From the NCBI GenBank assembly GCA_038212405.1, contig JBBQUN010000001.1, positions 830-64,829 of the forward strand: 64,000 nucleotides of DNA, read 5' to 3'. This document shows, piece by piece, positions 9,374 through 20,531 of this stretch. Position 1 is the stretch's first letter. Each line of letters starts with the position of its first letter. The notes beneath the pieces are model-generated. The model was not told the DNA's origin. It saw only the letters and a program-made list of their open reading frames with translations, and searched no databases. The translations under genes were made by a program, and so were the position numbers. Source of the DNA: Acidimicrobiales bacterium. Lineage in GTDB: Bacteria > Actinomycetota > Acidimicrobiia > Acidimicrobiales > SZUA-35.

Positions 9374-10216
9374 TTATAGAGCGCCGACGCCAAGTGCGGC
9401 AAAGGCGGCAGCACCAATGGCGATCCGGTAGTAGCCGAAGATCTCGAAACCCTTCTCCTCGAGCCAGTTCACCATCCACTTGACGGCGACCATGGCGGAC
9501 ACGAACGCAACGGCGAGCCCGATGAGCGGGTTGACCACCCCGAACTGGTCGATCAGCGCCGGCCCGTTCTGTAGGCCCTCGAAGGCGGTGGCGGCGCTCA
9601 GCGTGATGAGCCCGAGCAGGAAGCTGAACTCGACGGCGGCCTTGAGGGACAGTCCGATGAGCAGTCCGGCGATGATCACGGTGAAGCTGCGGCTGGTGCC
9701 TGGCCACATGGCGATGGCCTGGAGTCCGCCGATGATGAGCGCATCCTGCGCGGTGATCTGATCCAACGCCTTCCCCGGCTTGGTCATGAAGCCGGTGCGA
9801 CTCAAGTACAGAATCACGAGGCCGCCGACCACCCAGGACAATGCGATCGGCCAGACGCCGAAGAGGTACTGGCGGACCGGGTCTTGGATGACCAGACCGA
9901 TGATGGCGGTGGGGACGAACGCGGTGATCACGGCGATGAGGATGTGCCGCCCTTCTTCGCTGCGACCGACGAGGCCGTCGAGCATCTGGCGAATGCGGCC
10001 CCAGTACAGGAAGAGAACCGCCAGGATCGCGCCGGCCTGAATGCAGATGGCGTAGGTCTCGAGCGCAAGATCGGTGGCTTCATCGCCGCCAAGTCCGAGC
10101 ATCTTCTGCACCACCAGCAGGTGCCCGGTGGAGCTGACCGGGAGGTACTCGGTCAGGCCTTCGACGAGTCCGAGGATGATCGAATCGGTGACAGAGAGAT
10201 CGGCAGAGTTCGACAC
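9374..10216 (-). CDS. uppP: undecaprenyl-diphosphate phosphatase
   Basis: GLVEGLTEYLPVSSTGHL signature, 8-TM profile, and the later PGTSRS motif. Confidence 0.95.
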   Translation of the reverse strand: MSNSADLSVTDSIILGLVEGLTEYLPVSSTGHLLVVQKMLGLGGDEATDLALETYAICIQAGAILAVLFLYWGRIRQMLDGLVGRSEEGRHILIAVITAFVPTAIIGLVIQDPVRQYLFGVWPIALSWVVGGLVILYLSRTGFMTKPGKALDQITAQDALIIGGLQAIAMWPGTSRSFTVIIAGLLIGLSLKAAVEFSFLLGLITLSAATAFEGLQNGPALIDQFGVVNPLIGLAVAFVSAMVAVKWMVNWLEEKGFEIFGYYRIAIGAAAFAALGVGAL

Positions 10217-10557
10217 CCGGTCGACAGTACTCGGGCCATTCGCCGTTGGCGGTGAGCAAAACGTTACGGTTCGACCAGGTCATCTTTCTCGGGCTCGAGG
10301 AGCGCGATGAGCTGCTCGCCCTTGGTCTGGCCGAAGCGGACCGATGGCTCCTCACCGATCGCCAAACTGCCCAGTCCTCGGTGCGGCTTGGATGTGACTG
10401 TCGCCTCACCTGCTCGTCGGCTCACGAAACCATCGAATCGTACCGATACTCTGTCGTAGCGTTATTCGGTGATCGTCGGAGCGATTCTTCGTCACCTGTT
10501 GTTTTCGTGCTCGCTGACGTGCCCCCGAAGGTCACGCTCTACCGAAGGAATACCCGC

Positions 10558-12945
10558 ATGTTCGCTCGTCTTGGCCGATGGTGTTTCCAGAACCGTTGGA
10601 AGACCGTCATTGCCTGGGTGGTCCTCCTCGCCGCCATGACCGGCATCGGTCAATTCGTCGTCGGTCCGTCGTTCAACGGTGAATTCACCATCCCCGCTTC
10701 GGAGAGCTCCGAAGGCTTCACCGTGTTGGGCGAATACTTCCCGGGGCAAGGCAGCGGCGGCCAGGTCGGCAACATCGTGTTCAAAGCCGACCAGGGAGTC
10801 AACGACCAAGACGTCGTCGCCGAGATGTCGGCACTGTTCGACGAAGTAGGCGCGATCGAAGGCGTCTCACTCACCAGCCCGTACACCTCGTTTGGTGCCA
10901 GTCAGATCAACCAGGCCGGCAACGTCGCCTATGCCCAACTCAACCTCGATGCCGAAATCGATCAGACCGAGTCTGCGGTCATCGGTGAAGAGATCATCGC
11001 CATCTTGCCCTCGCTCGACGGGGTCGAGATCGAAGTCGGTGGTGCAGCCCTCGGAGCATTCGAACCGCCTGAGTCGGAACTGATCGGCCTGGCCTTCGCC
11101 ATCGTGGTGTTGATCGTTTCTTTCGGATCCGTGCTCGCCATGGGCTTGCCGATCAGCGTTGCTCTCTTCGGCGTTGGCACCGGGGCCGGCGTCATTGCGT
11201 TGATCTCGAACCTCACGACCATGCCGGACTTCGCCCCAACGCTGGGTGCCATGATCGGTCTCGGGGTCGGCATCGACTACGCCCTCTTCATCGTCACCCG
11301 CTACCGCGAGGGCACGCGCGAGGGACTGTCGCCGGAAGAGGCGACCGTTCGGGCCATGGATACCGCCGGGCGAGCCGTTGCCTTTGCCGGCGTCACCGTG
11401 GTGGTCTCGCTGCTCGGCATGTTGCTGATCGGCCTCGCCTTCATCTCCGGTCTCGGCATCGGCGCAGCAACGGTCGTCACCGTTACCTTGGCTGCGTCGC
11501 TCACCTTGCTGCCGGCATTGCTCGGCATCGCTCAGCATCGAGTCGAAGTGACCCGCTACCGCGGCCTCATCGCTGCCGGGTTCATTGCCGTCGCGCTGTT
11601 GGGCGTCGGCCTCGGCATCCGCCCGCTTCTGCTGGGCGCCCCACTTGCTCTCGCCACGCTCGTCCTCGGGTTTCTTCATCGATTGCCGTTCGTCGGTTCG
11701 GCCCTCCCGCGCATACCGCTGCTCAGCAGCGAGGTGCCAAGGCGAGAGCCAAAGCCGGTGCGAGAGACGTTCTCCTACCGCTGGGCGCACCTCGTCCAGG
11801 ACCATCCGGTCATTGGGTTGCTCGTTGGTGGCGGCGTGCTCGTTGTGCTCGCCATCCCTGTGCTCAGCCTTCGTCTCGGTTTCTCCGATGAGGGCAACTT
11901 CAATGAGGAGACCACGACTCGCAAGGCTTACGACTTGCTCGCCGAGGGGTTCGGCCCGGGCTTCAACGGTCCGTTCGTCGTCGTTGCCGAACTTGGTTCG
12001 CCGCAGGATCTCGAGGTCATCCAAGGGCTCCAGGCCGCCCTGGCCGCCGACCCCGGTGTTGCCTTCGTTGCTCCGCCATTCCCGAACGACCTCGACGACC
12101 CTTCTGCCTCCGATGCCGCCCTGATCCAGGTCATTCCGGCGACAGCGCCCCAGGACGCCGAGACGTCGGACTTGGTCGAGCATCTTCGCTACGACGTCAT
12201 TCCCACTGCTCTCGACGGCAGCACGGCGACGGTGTACCTCACCGGAGCGGTGCCGGCCTCGATCGACTTCACGTCGTACCTCGCTCAGCGCATCTTCGTG
12301 TTCTTCGGTGTGGTGCTTGCGGTGTCGTTCGTGTTGCTGATGATGGTGTTCCGCTCGCTGCTCGTTCCGCTCAAGGCCGTGGTGATGAACATGCTGTCGA
12401 TCGCCTCGGCGTTCGGTGTCGCTGTCATGATCTTCCAATGGGGCTGGGGGTCGGCCTTCTTCGGCGTCGAGCCGGCACCGATCGAACCGTTCGTGCCGAT
12501 GATGCTGTTCGCCATCGTCTTCGGACTCTCGATGGACTACGAGGTCTTCCTGCTCTCACGGGTGAAAGAGGAGTACGACCACTCCGGCGACCCGGTCGGC
12601 TCGGTGGCCGACGGCCTGGCGGCAACGGCCCGCGTCATCACCGCTGCGGCTGCGATCATGGTGGTGGTGTTCGGCAGCTTCTTGTTCGAAGACACCCGCA
12701 TCATCAAGCTGTTCGGCCTCGGTCTCGCCGTTGCGGTGCTGCTCGATGCTTCACTGGTTCGTATGTTGCTCGTTCCGGCGACGATGCGACTGCTGGGCGC
12801 CAAGAACTGGTGGTTGCCGGGGTGGCTCGACAAGATCTTGCCGTCGCTCAACGTCGAGGGCCCGGTCGATACTCATGAGCATCACCCCGATGACGACGAC
12901 GGCGTCCACGGCCAGTCTGAACAAGAACCGGTCCTCGTTTCCTGA
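10558..12945 (+). CDS. MMPL family transporter
   Basis: ATG 10558 (MFARLGRWCFQNRWKTVIAWVVLL). Two 6-TM bundles (GVGIDYALFIVTRYRE, GLSMDYEVFLLSRVKEE) are separated by periplasmic domains. Upstream ORF codons 10246-10557 are non-coding in character. Confidence 0.9.
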   Translation: MFARLGRWCFQNRWKTVIAWVVLLAAMTGIGQFVVGPSFNGEFTIPASESSEGFTVLGEYFPGQGSGGQVGNIVFKADQGVNDQDVVAEMSALFDEVGAIEGVSLTSPYTSFGASQINQAGNVAYAQLNLDAEIDQTESAVIGEEIIAILPSLDGVEIEVGGAALGAFEPPESELIGLAFAIVVLIVSFGSVLAMGLPISVALFGVGTGAGVIALISNLTTMPDFAPTLGAMIGLGVGIDYALFIVTRYREGTREGLSPEEATVRAMDTAGRAVAFAGVTVVVSLLGMLLIGLAFISGLGIGAATVVTVTLAASLTLLPALLGIAQHRVEVTRYRGLIAAGFIAVALLGVGLGIRPLLLGAPLALATLVLGFLHRLPFVGSALPRIPLLSSEVPRREPKPVRETFSYRWAHLVQDHPVIGLLVGGGVLVVLAIPVLSLRLGFSDEGNFNEETTTRKAYDLLAEGFGPGFNGPFVVVAELGSPQDLEVIQGLQAALAADPGVAFVAPPFPNDLDDPSASDAALIQVIPATAPQDAETSDLVEHLRYDVIPTALDGSTATVYLTGAVPASIDFTSYLAQRIFVFFGVVLAVSFVLLMMVFRSLLVPLKAVVMNMLSIASAFGVAVMIFQWGWGSAFFGVEPAPIEPFVPMMLFAIVFGLSMDYEVFLLSRVKEEYDHSGDPVGSVADGLAATARVITAAAAIMVVVFGSFLFEDTRIIKLFGLGLAVAVLLDASLVRMLLVPATMRLLGAKNWWLPGWLDKILPSLNVEGPVDTHEHHPDDDDGVHGQSEQEPVLVS

Positions 12946-12996
12946 CCGTCGAGGACAGCCCAACGCAGCCTTTGGCGAGTAGATCCTTGCCGAGCC

Positions 12997-13584
12997 TCAG
13001 GCGAGAAGGTCGTGGAGTGCGGGGTCGTTGTCGATGTGGCCGGCGGCGAACGGACACAGCGGTTCGATCCGACGGCCGTCAGCTCGAATGATCTCGAGCA
13101 AGCCGTCCATCAGCCGGGCGCCGTAGCCCTGGCCTCGGTGCTGGACGAGCGTCTCGACGTGGGGCATCACGATGGTGGTGCCCCGCTGGCGATAGTCGGC
13201 GAAGCCGACGAGTTCGCCGTCGTTGGTCATCTCGAACCGGTTGGCCTCGGGCTTGTCGGTCACGAGGAATCCACCGGCAGCCGCTGCCGGACGTGACGTC
13301 GTTGCTGCTGGCGAGGGTGTCGTCGTGGTGTCGGCCAGCTCAGCGAGTTTCGCGGCCAGGGCGGCGTTGGACGGCTCGACCAGGTGGGAATCGTCATCGA
13401 AGACCACGACCGGGATGCGCTTCACGCCGTTGTTGCGCTCGAGTACCACGGCCGTCTGGTCCGGGTGGGCCTCGAGATCGATCCAGTCGTAGGCGATGTC
13501 GTGTTCGGCGAAATAGGCCTTGGCCCGAATGCAGTCGCCGCACCAGTCTTTGCCGTACATCGTGATGGTCATGGCTGTCGACAA
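12997..13584 (-). CDS. mycoredoxin/glutaredoxin-like domain fused to a GNAT (YjdJ-type) acetyltransferase domain
   Basis: N-terminal ITMYGKDWCGDCIRAK...RIPVVVF has a Grx-like CxxC fold pattern. A T/P/A-rich linker follows. C-terminal VETLVQHRGQGYGARLMDGLL...CPFAAGH is GNAT-like. Confidence 0.75.
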   Translation of the reverse strand: MSTAMTITMYGKDWCGDCIRAKAYFAEHDIAYDWIDLEAHPDQTAVVLERNNGVKRIPVVVFDDDSHLVEPSNAALAAKLAELADTTTTPSPAATTSRPAAAAGGFLVTDKPEANRFEMTNDGELVGFADYRQRGTTIVMPHVETLVQHRGQGYGARLMDGLLEIIRADGRRIEPLCPFAAGHIDNDPALHDLLA

Positions 13585-13654
13585 CCCCGGGACCTGGTCG
13601 GGTAATCCCGATATGTCGACTCGGGGCTTCGCAAGGCAGGGATAGCCTCGGCGG

Positions 13655-15361
13655 ATGCGTTGGTCCCAGCTGTTCGTCCCTACTCTCCGCGATGCTCCCG
13701 GCGACGCCGTTGCCCCGAGTCATGCGTTGCTGGTTCGTGGCGGGTTCATCCGCCAACTCCACGCCGGACACTATTCGATGCTGCCGTTGGGTTGGCGGGT
13801 GCATCAGAAGGTGGCCAACATCGTTCGTCAAGAAATCGACGCCATCGGCGGCCAAGAGTTCCTGTTGCCCACCATGCACCCGGCCGGCATCTGGCAGCAG
13901 TCGGGTCGTTGGGACACCATGGGCGAGATCATGTTCCGCTTGAAGGATCGGCGTGACAACGACCTGGCCCTCGGGATCACCCACGAAGAGATCTTTGCCA
14001 CCGTCGCCACCGAGCTCAGCTCCTACAAGCAGCTGCCACAGTGCTGGTACCACATCCAGACCAAGTTCCGTGACGAGGCCCGACCCAAGTCCGGTCTGTT
14101 GCGGGTGCGCGAGTTCGCAATGAAGGACTCCTACAGCTTCGACATCGACGACGCCGGTCTCGACGCACAGTTCGAAGCGCACGACGGCGCCTACCGACGC
14201 ATCTTCGAGCGTCTCAACATTCCCGCCTTCGGCGTCCAAGCCAGCTCGGGTGCGATGGGCGGGAGCAGCTCGATCGAGTTCATGACCCCGTCCGACGCTG
14301 GTGAAGACGACGTAGCCCGCTGTGGTTCGTGTGGTTACGCCGCCAACATCGAGAAGGCAACCTCACGAGTCGATGTCATCGCCGATGACGCACCGCCCCC
14401 TGCGCCCGAGATGTTCGACACTCCCGGCGTCCGCACCATCGCGGCCCTCGAGACCTTCGACGGTGGTGCTGCCGCCAACCGCCAGCTGAAGACACTGGTC
14501 ATGGTGGCCGATGGAGCAATGATCCTCGTCGTTGTTCGTGGCGATCATCAGCTCAACGTGCAGAAGCTGCTCGACACCACCGGCGCCATCGAGATCCGCC
14601 CTGCCGATGCCGACGAAGTGTTCGCAGTGCTCGGCGCCCATCCCGGCAGCCTCGGTGCCGTTGGCATCGATCAGCTTTCGGTTCATGTGGATGAAGCGTT
14701 GCGTGGGCGTACCAACATGACCACCGGCGCCAACCAAGATGACAAGCACTACCGCGGCGTCGACGTCGAGCGCGACCTGCGCATCACGCAGTGGGTTGAT
14801 GTCCGCGAGGTGGCTGCAGGCGAGCCCTGCCCCACGTGCGGCGAAGCAATCGAGATCGTCCGCTGCATCGAGATCGGCCACATCTTCAAGCTCGGCACCG
14901 TCTACGCCGACAAGTTCGGTGTCACCGTTTCCGATGCCGACGGCAAGATCGCCCCGGTCGTGATGGGCAGCTATGGGATTGGCATCGGCCGCAACATGGC
15001 TGCTGTCATCGAGGCGAACTACGACGACAAGGGCATGATCTGGCCGGTTTCGGTCGCTCCCTTCGAGGCCCTCATCACGCTCATGCGGATCGACGACGAA
15101 ACGCTCGCTGCCGGCAACACGCTGTACGCCGAGCTGAAGGCGGCCGGGGTCGACGTGTTGATCGACGATCGCGATGCCAGGGCCGGAGTGAAGTTCGCCG
15201 ATGCCGAGCTCATCGGTATTCCGTACCGTCTCACGGTTGGCCCGAAGGGTCTGGCTGCCGGAGAGATCGAGTTCACCGAGCGGCGTACCGGCGAGACCGT
15301 CAACGTTGCGATGAGCGAGATCGTCGCAACGGTGGCGGATCGAGTCAACGCCGAGCGCTGA
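13655..15361 (+). CDS. proS: proline--tRNA ligase (bacterial type with editing insertion)
   Basis: N-terminal MRWSQLFVPTLRDAP...LLVRGGFIRQ, class II motifs (FRDEARPKSGLLRVREFAMKDSYSF, GSYGIGIGR) and a C-terminal anticodon-binding domain. Confidence 0.95.
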   Translation: MRWSQLFVPTLRDAPGDAVAPSHALLVRGGFIRQLHAGHYSMLPLGWRVHQKVANIVRQEIDAIGGQEFLLPTMHPAGIWQQSGRWDTMGEIMFRLKDRRDNDLALGITHEEIFATVATELSSYKQLPQCWYHIQTKFRDEARPKSGLLRVREFAMKDSYSFDIDDAGLDAQFEAHDGAYRRIFERLNIPAFGVQASSGAMGGSSSIEFMTPSDAGEDDVARCGSCGYAANIEKATSRVDVIADDAPPPAPEMFDTPGVRTIAALETFDGGAAANRQLKTLVMVADGAMILVVVRGDHQLNVQKLLDTTGAIEIRPADADEVFAVLGAHPGSLGAVGIDQLSVHVDEALRGRTNMTTGANQDDKHYRGVDVERDLRITQWVDVREVAAGEPCPTCGEAIEIVRCIEIGHIFKLGTVYADKFGVTVSDADGKIAPVVMGSYGIGIGRNMAAVIEANYDDKGMIWPVSVAPFEALITLMRIDDETLAAGNTLYAELKAAGVDVLIDDRDARAGVKFADAELIGIPYRLTVGPKGLAAGEIEFTERRTGETVNVAMSEIVATVADRVNAER

Positions 15362-15393
15362 ACCTCGTCCTGATCGGCGAGAGTGGCTAGTCG

Positions 15394-16554
15394 CTAGTAG
15401 CGCTGACCGGAGCGGGCTCGGGCCAGCTGCACAATGAGAACTTGTTCGACGCCAACGTCGGTCGGGCCGGGTCGATCATGCAACACAACGAGCCGAGCCA
15501 GCGCGGCATGCACGGCGTCGAATCGACCGCGTTCGGCCTTCGCCAGCTTGCGTCGGGCGGACAGCATCGTTGTGAAGTTGCCGAAAAGTGCGATTTCCTC
15601 TGGCGGCAAGGCGTAGCGCTGGGCGAGCCACGGGACGAGTTGGATGAGGCGTCGTTCCTCGTTGCGTCGAGTGCGGTACAACACGATTGCCGACGAGAAG
15701 AACAGAGCGACGAAGACGACGACCGCAGTCAGCAAGAGGAGCGCACCCGAATCACCCCACGAGGCGGTGGCTGCCAACGAACCATTCCACAGGGCATGCG
15801 ACGCAACAGCGGCGGCGTAGCCCCAGAGTGCATGGGGGAAAATCGGCTTGCCCTGGGAAACGGCTCGACCGATGGCCAAACCGGTCCAAGCGGTGAACAG
15901 CGGATGAGCGAATGGACCGAAGAGGGCACGGAGCACGAAGGTCTGGGCGAGCACGCCGCTGTCGGATGACTGCGCGAAGTAGGTGATGTCTTCGATGACG
16001 GCGAACCCCAGGGCGACCCAGCCGGCATAGACGATGCCGTCCATGACACCATCGATTTCGCGTCGCCGCAGTGCATAGATCACGCCGGCGCCCTTGATGG
16101 CTTCTTCGATGATCGGGGCCGAGACCACGGCCGCGGCGACCTCGCCGAATACTGCTGCGACGATGCTGTTGATGGTGCCCGAGATGATGACAGCCACGGT
16201 CGCGCCCCACAGGAACGCATGGATCAGTGCGGGCATGGGCTCTGGCTCGACCCGGTCGAGCCAGAGCATGACCGGGAGCACGATGATGATCGGCACGAAA
16301 CCAAGCAGAACGGAGATCGGGCTCAGAGCGACGAGGGCGATGAAAATGGGGATGGCAAACAGCGAGGCAACGATGACCGGAACGCTGATCCACTCAGGTA
16401 GCCGACGACGCTCGGCGCTGCCGCTGACATGCACGGTCCAGGCCCCGCCGTCCCACCAGCGCCAAGGCGCAACACCCCACGGATCAGGCAGCCAACCGGG
16501 TGGGGTCGGAGTGGACGCATCAACGGAGGTCAGCGGAGCAGAGATGTTGGTCAC
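15394..16554 (-). CDS. PrsW family intramembrane metalloprotease with N-terminal DUF2510-like W-rich segment
   Basis: PGWLPDPWGVAPWRWWDGGAWT N-terminus, multiple TM helices, and IIEEAIKG plus HALWN motifs. GTG start at 16554. Confidence 0.8.
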   Translation of the reverse strand: MTNISAPLTSVDASTPTPPGWLPDPWGVAPWRWWDGGAWTVHVSGSAERRRLPEWISVPVIVASLFAIPIFIALVALSPISVLLGFVPIIIVLPVMLWLDRVEPEPMPALIHAFLWGATVAVIISGTINSIVAAVFGEVAAAVVSAPIIEEAIKGAGVIYALRRREIDGVMDGIVYAGWVALGFAVIEDITYFAQSSDSGVLAQTFVLRALFGPFAHPLFTAWTGLAIGRAVSQGKPIFPHALWGYAAAVASHALWNGSLAATASWGDSGALLLLTAVVVFVALFFSSAIVLYRTRRNEERRLIQLVPWLAQRYALPPEEIALFGNFTTMLSARRKLAKAERGRFDAVHAALARLVVLHDRPGPTDVGVEQVLIVQLARARSGQRY

Positions 16555-16639
16555 CCAAGCGATGGTGGCGGTCAGGACCGGCTGATTCTATGGGGACCGC
16601 AGCCCGCCCGCTGAACAAGGGCACATGGAGCGAGCGAAC

Positions 16640-16703
16640 GGCTGGTTCAGACAACGGGCTGGTTCAGACAATGGCTGGTTCAGACAATGGCTGGTTCAGA
16701 CAA
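16640..16703. repeat. 4 tandem copies of GGCTGGTTCAGACAA (period 17,16,16)
   Basis: Read directly. Copies lie at 16640-54, 16657-71, 16673-87 and 16689-703. The last copy contains the azlD stop codon on the minus strand. The array lies ~85-150 nt upstream of the prsW start. Confidence 0.95.
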
Positions 16704-17016
16704 TGGCGAGGAGCACCCAGAACACCGTCATGCCCACACCGACGGTGAAAAGGAGATTCTTGGAGAACCAGGCAACGGGGCCGGCGGCAACGATCCCGGC
16801 AACTTCGGGAACCGAGATGCCAAGATTCGCCGCAGCGGGGTTGGCAATGAGGCTGATCACCAACGCCGACAAGACGGCGGGCGCAACGTTTCGCAGCGCC
16901 CGCGTGACGATCGCTGGAATCTCTCGATCGGCGAGGGCAAGGATCAACCCTGCTCGCATTGCGTAGGTGATGGCACCAACGACCATCACCAGGGTCAACG
17001 CCGTGACTGAGCTCAC
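16696..17016 (-). CDS. azlD: branched-chain amino acid transport protein AzlD
   Basis: ~106-aa hydrophobic protein (VTALTLVMVVGAITYAMRAG...). GTG 17016 overlaps the azlC stop (GTGA). Confidence 0.8.
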   Translation of the reverse strand: MSSVTALTLVMVVGAITYAMRAGLILALADREIPAIVTRALRNVAPAVLSALVISLIANPAAANLGISVPEVAGIVAAGPVAWFSKNLLFTVGVGMTVFWVLLAIV

Positions 17017-17777
17017 TGGTCGCCACCTTTTTCGGGGTTGACCCGCACATCGACGACCAGACCGGCGACCACTCCGGCCATCGCGCCGATGAGCAAACCG
17101 ATGCGGTTGGGTAGCCCGATCGTGGCAAAGCAAACGGCGGCTCCAACTGCGGCGGCAACGACAGCGGGACGCCGATTGAGACCCATCACGACCAAGCCGG
17201 TGAACATCACCGCTGGGGCATAGCCGAGTTGCCAGCTGGCGGGGATGAACGATCCGAAGAACAGACCAGCGACTGTCGACAGAAACCAGCCGGTGCCGAA
17301 GATGGCCGAGGTGACCAGGTAATAGCGTCGGAACAGCTCGGGGTGGTCCTTGGATCGGGGTTCGCTGAGAGCGAAGACCTGATCGATGAGCGTGAGTGGC
17401 CCAACGAGACGGAACCAGCGTGGCTGATGTTTGAAGGCCGGAGCCATTGCGGCGGAATACATCACGTGGCGAGCGTTGATCACGACCGCAGCCAAGCCGG
17501 CGGCCCAGGCCGAGGCGGTGCCGAGCAAGGTGACCATGGCCAGCTGTGCCGCGCCGGCGAAGATCGGGATCGAGGAGAAGATGCCGATGCCGTCGGGCAT
17601 TGGTGACTCGCGAACGGCAAGCCCGAAGACGAAAGCGAACGGGATCGCCGGAATGAACAGCGGCACCGCCAGCGAGATCGCCGTGCGAGTGGTGGCAGCG
17701 AGCGCAGCGCTCGTTGGCACCTCGCTTGTCGACGCCGAGGACGATGGTTCGGGGGAGGGTCCGGCCGGTGACGTCAC
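17013..17777 (-). CDS. azlC: AzlC family branched-chain amino acid permease component
   Basis: Polytopic membrane protein immediately upstream of, and coupled to, azlD. FVFGLAVRESPM and INARHVMYSAAM are AzlC-like. Confidence 0.85.
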   Translation of the reverse strand: MTSPAGPSPEPSSSASTSEVPTSAALAATTRTAISLAVPLFIPAIPFAFVFGLAVRESPMPDGIGIFSSIPIFAGAAQLAMVTLLGTASAWAAGLAAVVINARHVMYSAAMAPAFKHQPRWFRLVGPLTLIDQVFALSEPRSKDHPELFRRYYLVTSAIFGTGWFLSTVAGLFFGSFIPASWQLGYAPAVMFTGLVVMGLNRRPAVVAAAVGAAVCFATIGLPNRIGLLIGAMAGVVAGLVVDVRVNPEKGGDQ

Positions 17778-17802
17778 CAGGCGAAACTATCGGCTTCGCT
17801 GT

Positions 17803-19416
<1,614 letters not shown>

Positions 19417-19510
19417 CGTCTAGCAGACCTGACGCCTGGGGGCACAAGAAGTCGGGGCATAACGAACGGAGGTGATGGGTTGCTACTCGGCTGAAGGAGG
19501 ACTGGTGAGC

Positions 19511-20524
19511 ATGCAACGAGACCCGGGCCGATGGCGGCGACGAGCGCGTACCATTCCCGCCATGCTGGGCGTCACCGTGTTTGTGGTTGCGTCGGCGCCA
19601 ATCACGCTTCCGCTGGCCACCATTGTTGACATCGCTCGGGGGCAGCGTCGGCTGCCAACGGTGCGGGGCGGCCTGTTCGCCCTTCGCTACCTCGTGAACG
19701 ACAGCGCCGAGATCGTGCTGGCGCCGTTGTTGTGGTTGGCGTCGAACGGCAATGACGATCGAGGCATCGAGCGCTACCGGTCGGTGCAGGTGTGGTCGAT
19801 ACGAAGCCTTGCCGCAGCAGCGGATCGCTTCATCGGGGTCAGGATCGATCCTACGGCCACGGTGCCGGTCGCGGAGGGAGCCGGACCGCTGATCGTGCTG
19901 GTTCGCCATTGCAGCATGCTCGATTCGAGCGTCCCGTCGCTGGTCTTCGGTCTGGACTCGCCGTGGGTCGTTCGCAGCATCGTCACCACTGACGCACTGG
20001 CTGACCCCGGGTTCGACCTGATCTACCCGGCCTTGGGCACCGTCTTCATCGATCGCGACGAGGGAGCAACGTCTCGCCTCGTGATAGGCGAGTTCGCTCG
20101 ACACGGCGGGCCGAACGATGTGGCGACCATCTACCCCGAGGGGAACGTGTTCCGACCATCCTTGCTCGTTCGCAGCCTCGAGCGACTGGCCGAACGAGCG
20201 CCAGAACGAGCAGCACGACTGACGGGGTTGCGCCATGTGTTGCCGCCTCGGCCCGGTGGCACGCTCGCCCTGCTCCGAGCATTGCCAGCAGCTGACGTGG
20301 TCGTGATTGGGCACGTCGGGTTCGAACGGGCGGCGACCCTCGCCGAGATGGCCGCATCGGCCCCCCTCGATTCGACCGTGCAGCTGATGATCCGGCACGT
20401 GCCTCGATCCTCGATTCCCAGTGGCGAAGACGATCGCATCGCCTGGCTCGACGCCCTGTGGCTCGACCTCGACCAATGGATCGACGACCAGCTGAACACC
20501 AGCCACCGGCCTGCGGACACCTGA
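19511..20524 (+). CDS. PlsC-like lysophospholipid acyltransferase family protein
   Basis: HCSMLD (HxxxxD) and IYPEGNVF (xPEGx) acyltransferase motifs. ATG 19511 lies 10 nt after GAAGGAGG. Confidence 0.7.
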   Translation: MQRDPGRWRRRARTIPAMLGVTVFVVASAPITLPLATIVDIARGQRRLPTVRGGLFALRYLVNDSAEIVLAPLLWLASNGNDDRGIERYRSVQVWSIRSLAAAADRFIGVRIDPTATVPVAEGAGPLIVLVRHCSMLDSSVPSLVFGLDSPWVVRSIVTTDALADPGFDLIYPALGTVFIDRDEGATSRLVIGEFARHGGPNDVATIYPEGNVFRPSLLVRSLERLAERAPERAARLTGLRHVLPPRPGGTLALLRALPAADVVVIGHVGFERAATLAEMAASAPLDSTVQLMIRHVPRSSIPSGEDDRIAWLDALWLDLDQWIDDQLNTSHRPADT

Positions 20525-20531
20525 ACCCGTC

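Noticed and set aside
10867-12438. 523-aa ORF on the minus strand, antisense to the MMPL transporter gene
   Set aside because: It lies entirely inside a well-supported plus-strand CDS. Its translation is low-complexity and rich in His/Arg/Asp/Glu, with no motifs. This is a typical shadow ORF of high-GC DNA.
16640-16703. The 16-bp x4 tandem array as plasmid/chromosomal replication iterons
   Set aside because: There is no rep/dnaA gene, DnaA boxes or AT-rich unwinding element nearby. The context is ordinary chromosomal genes.
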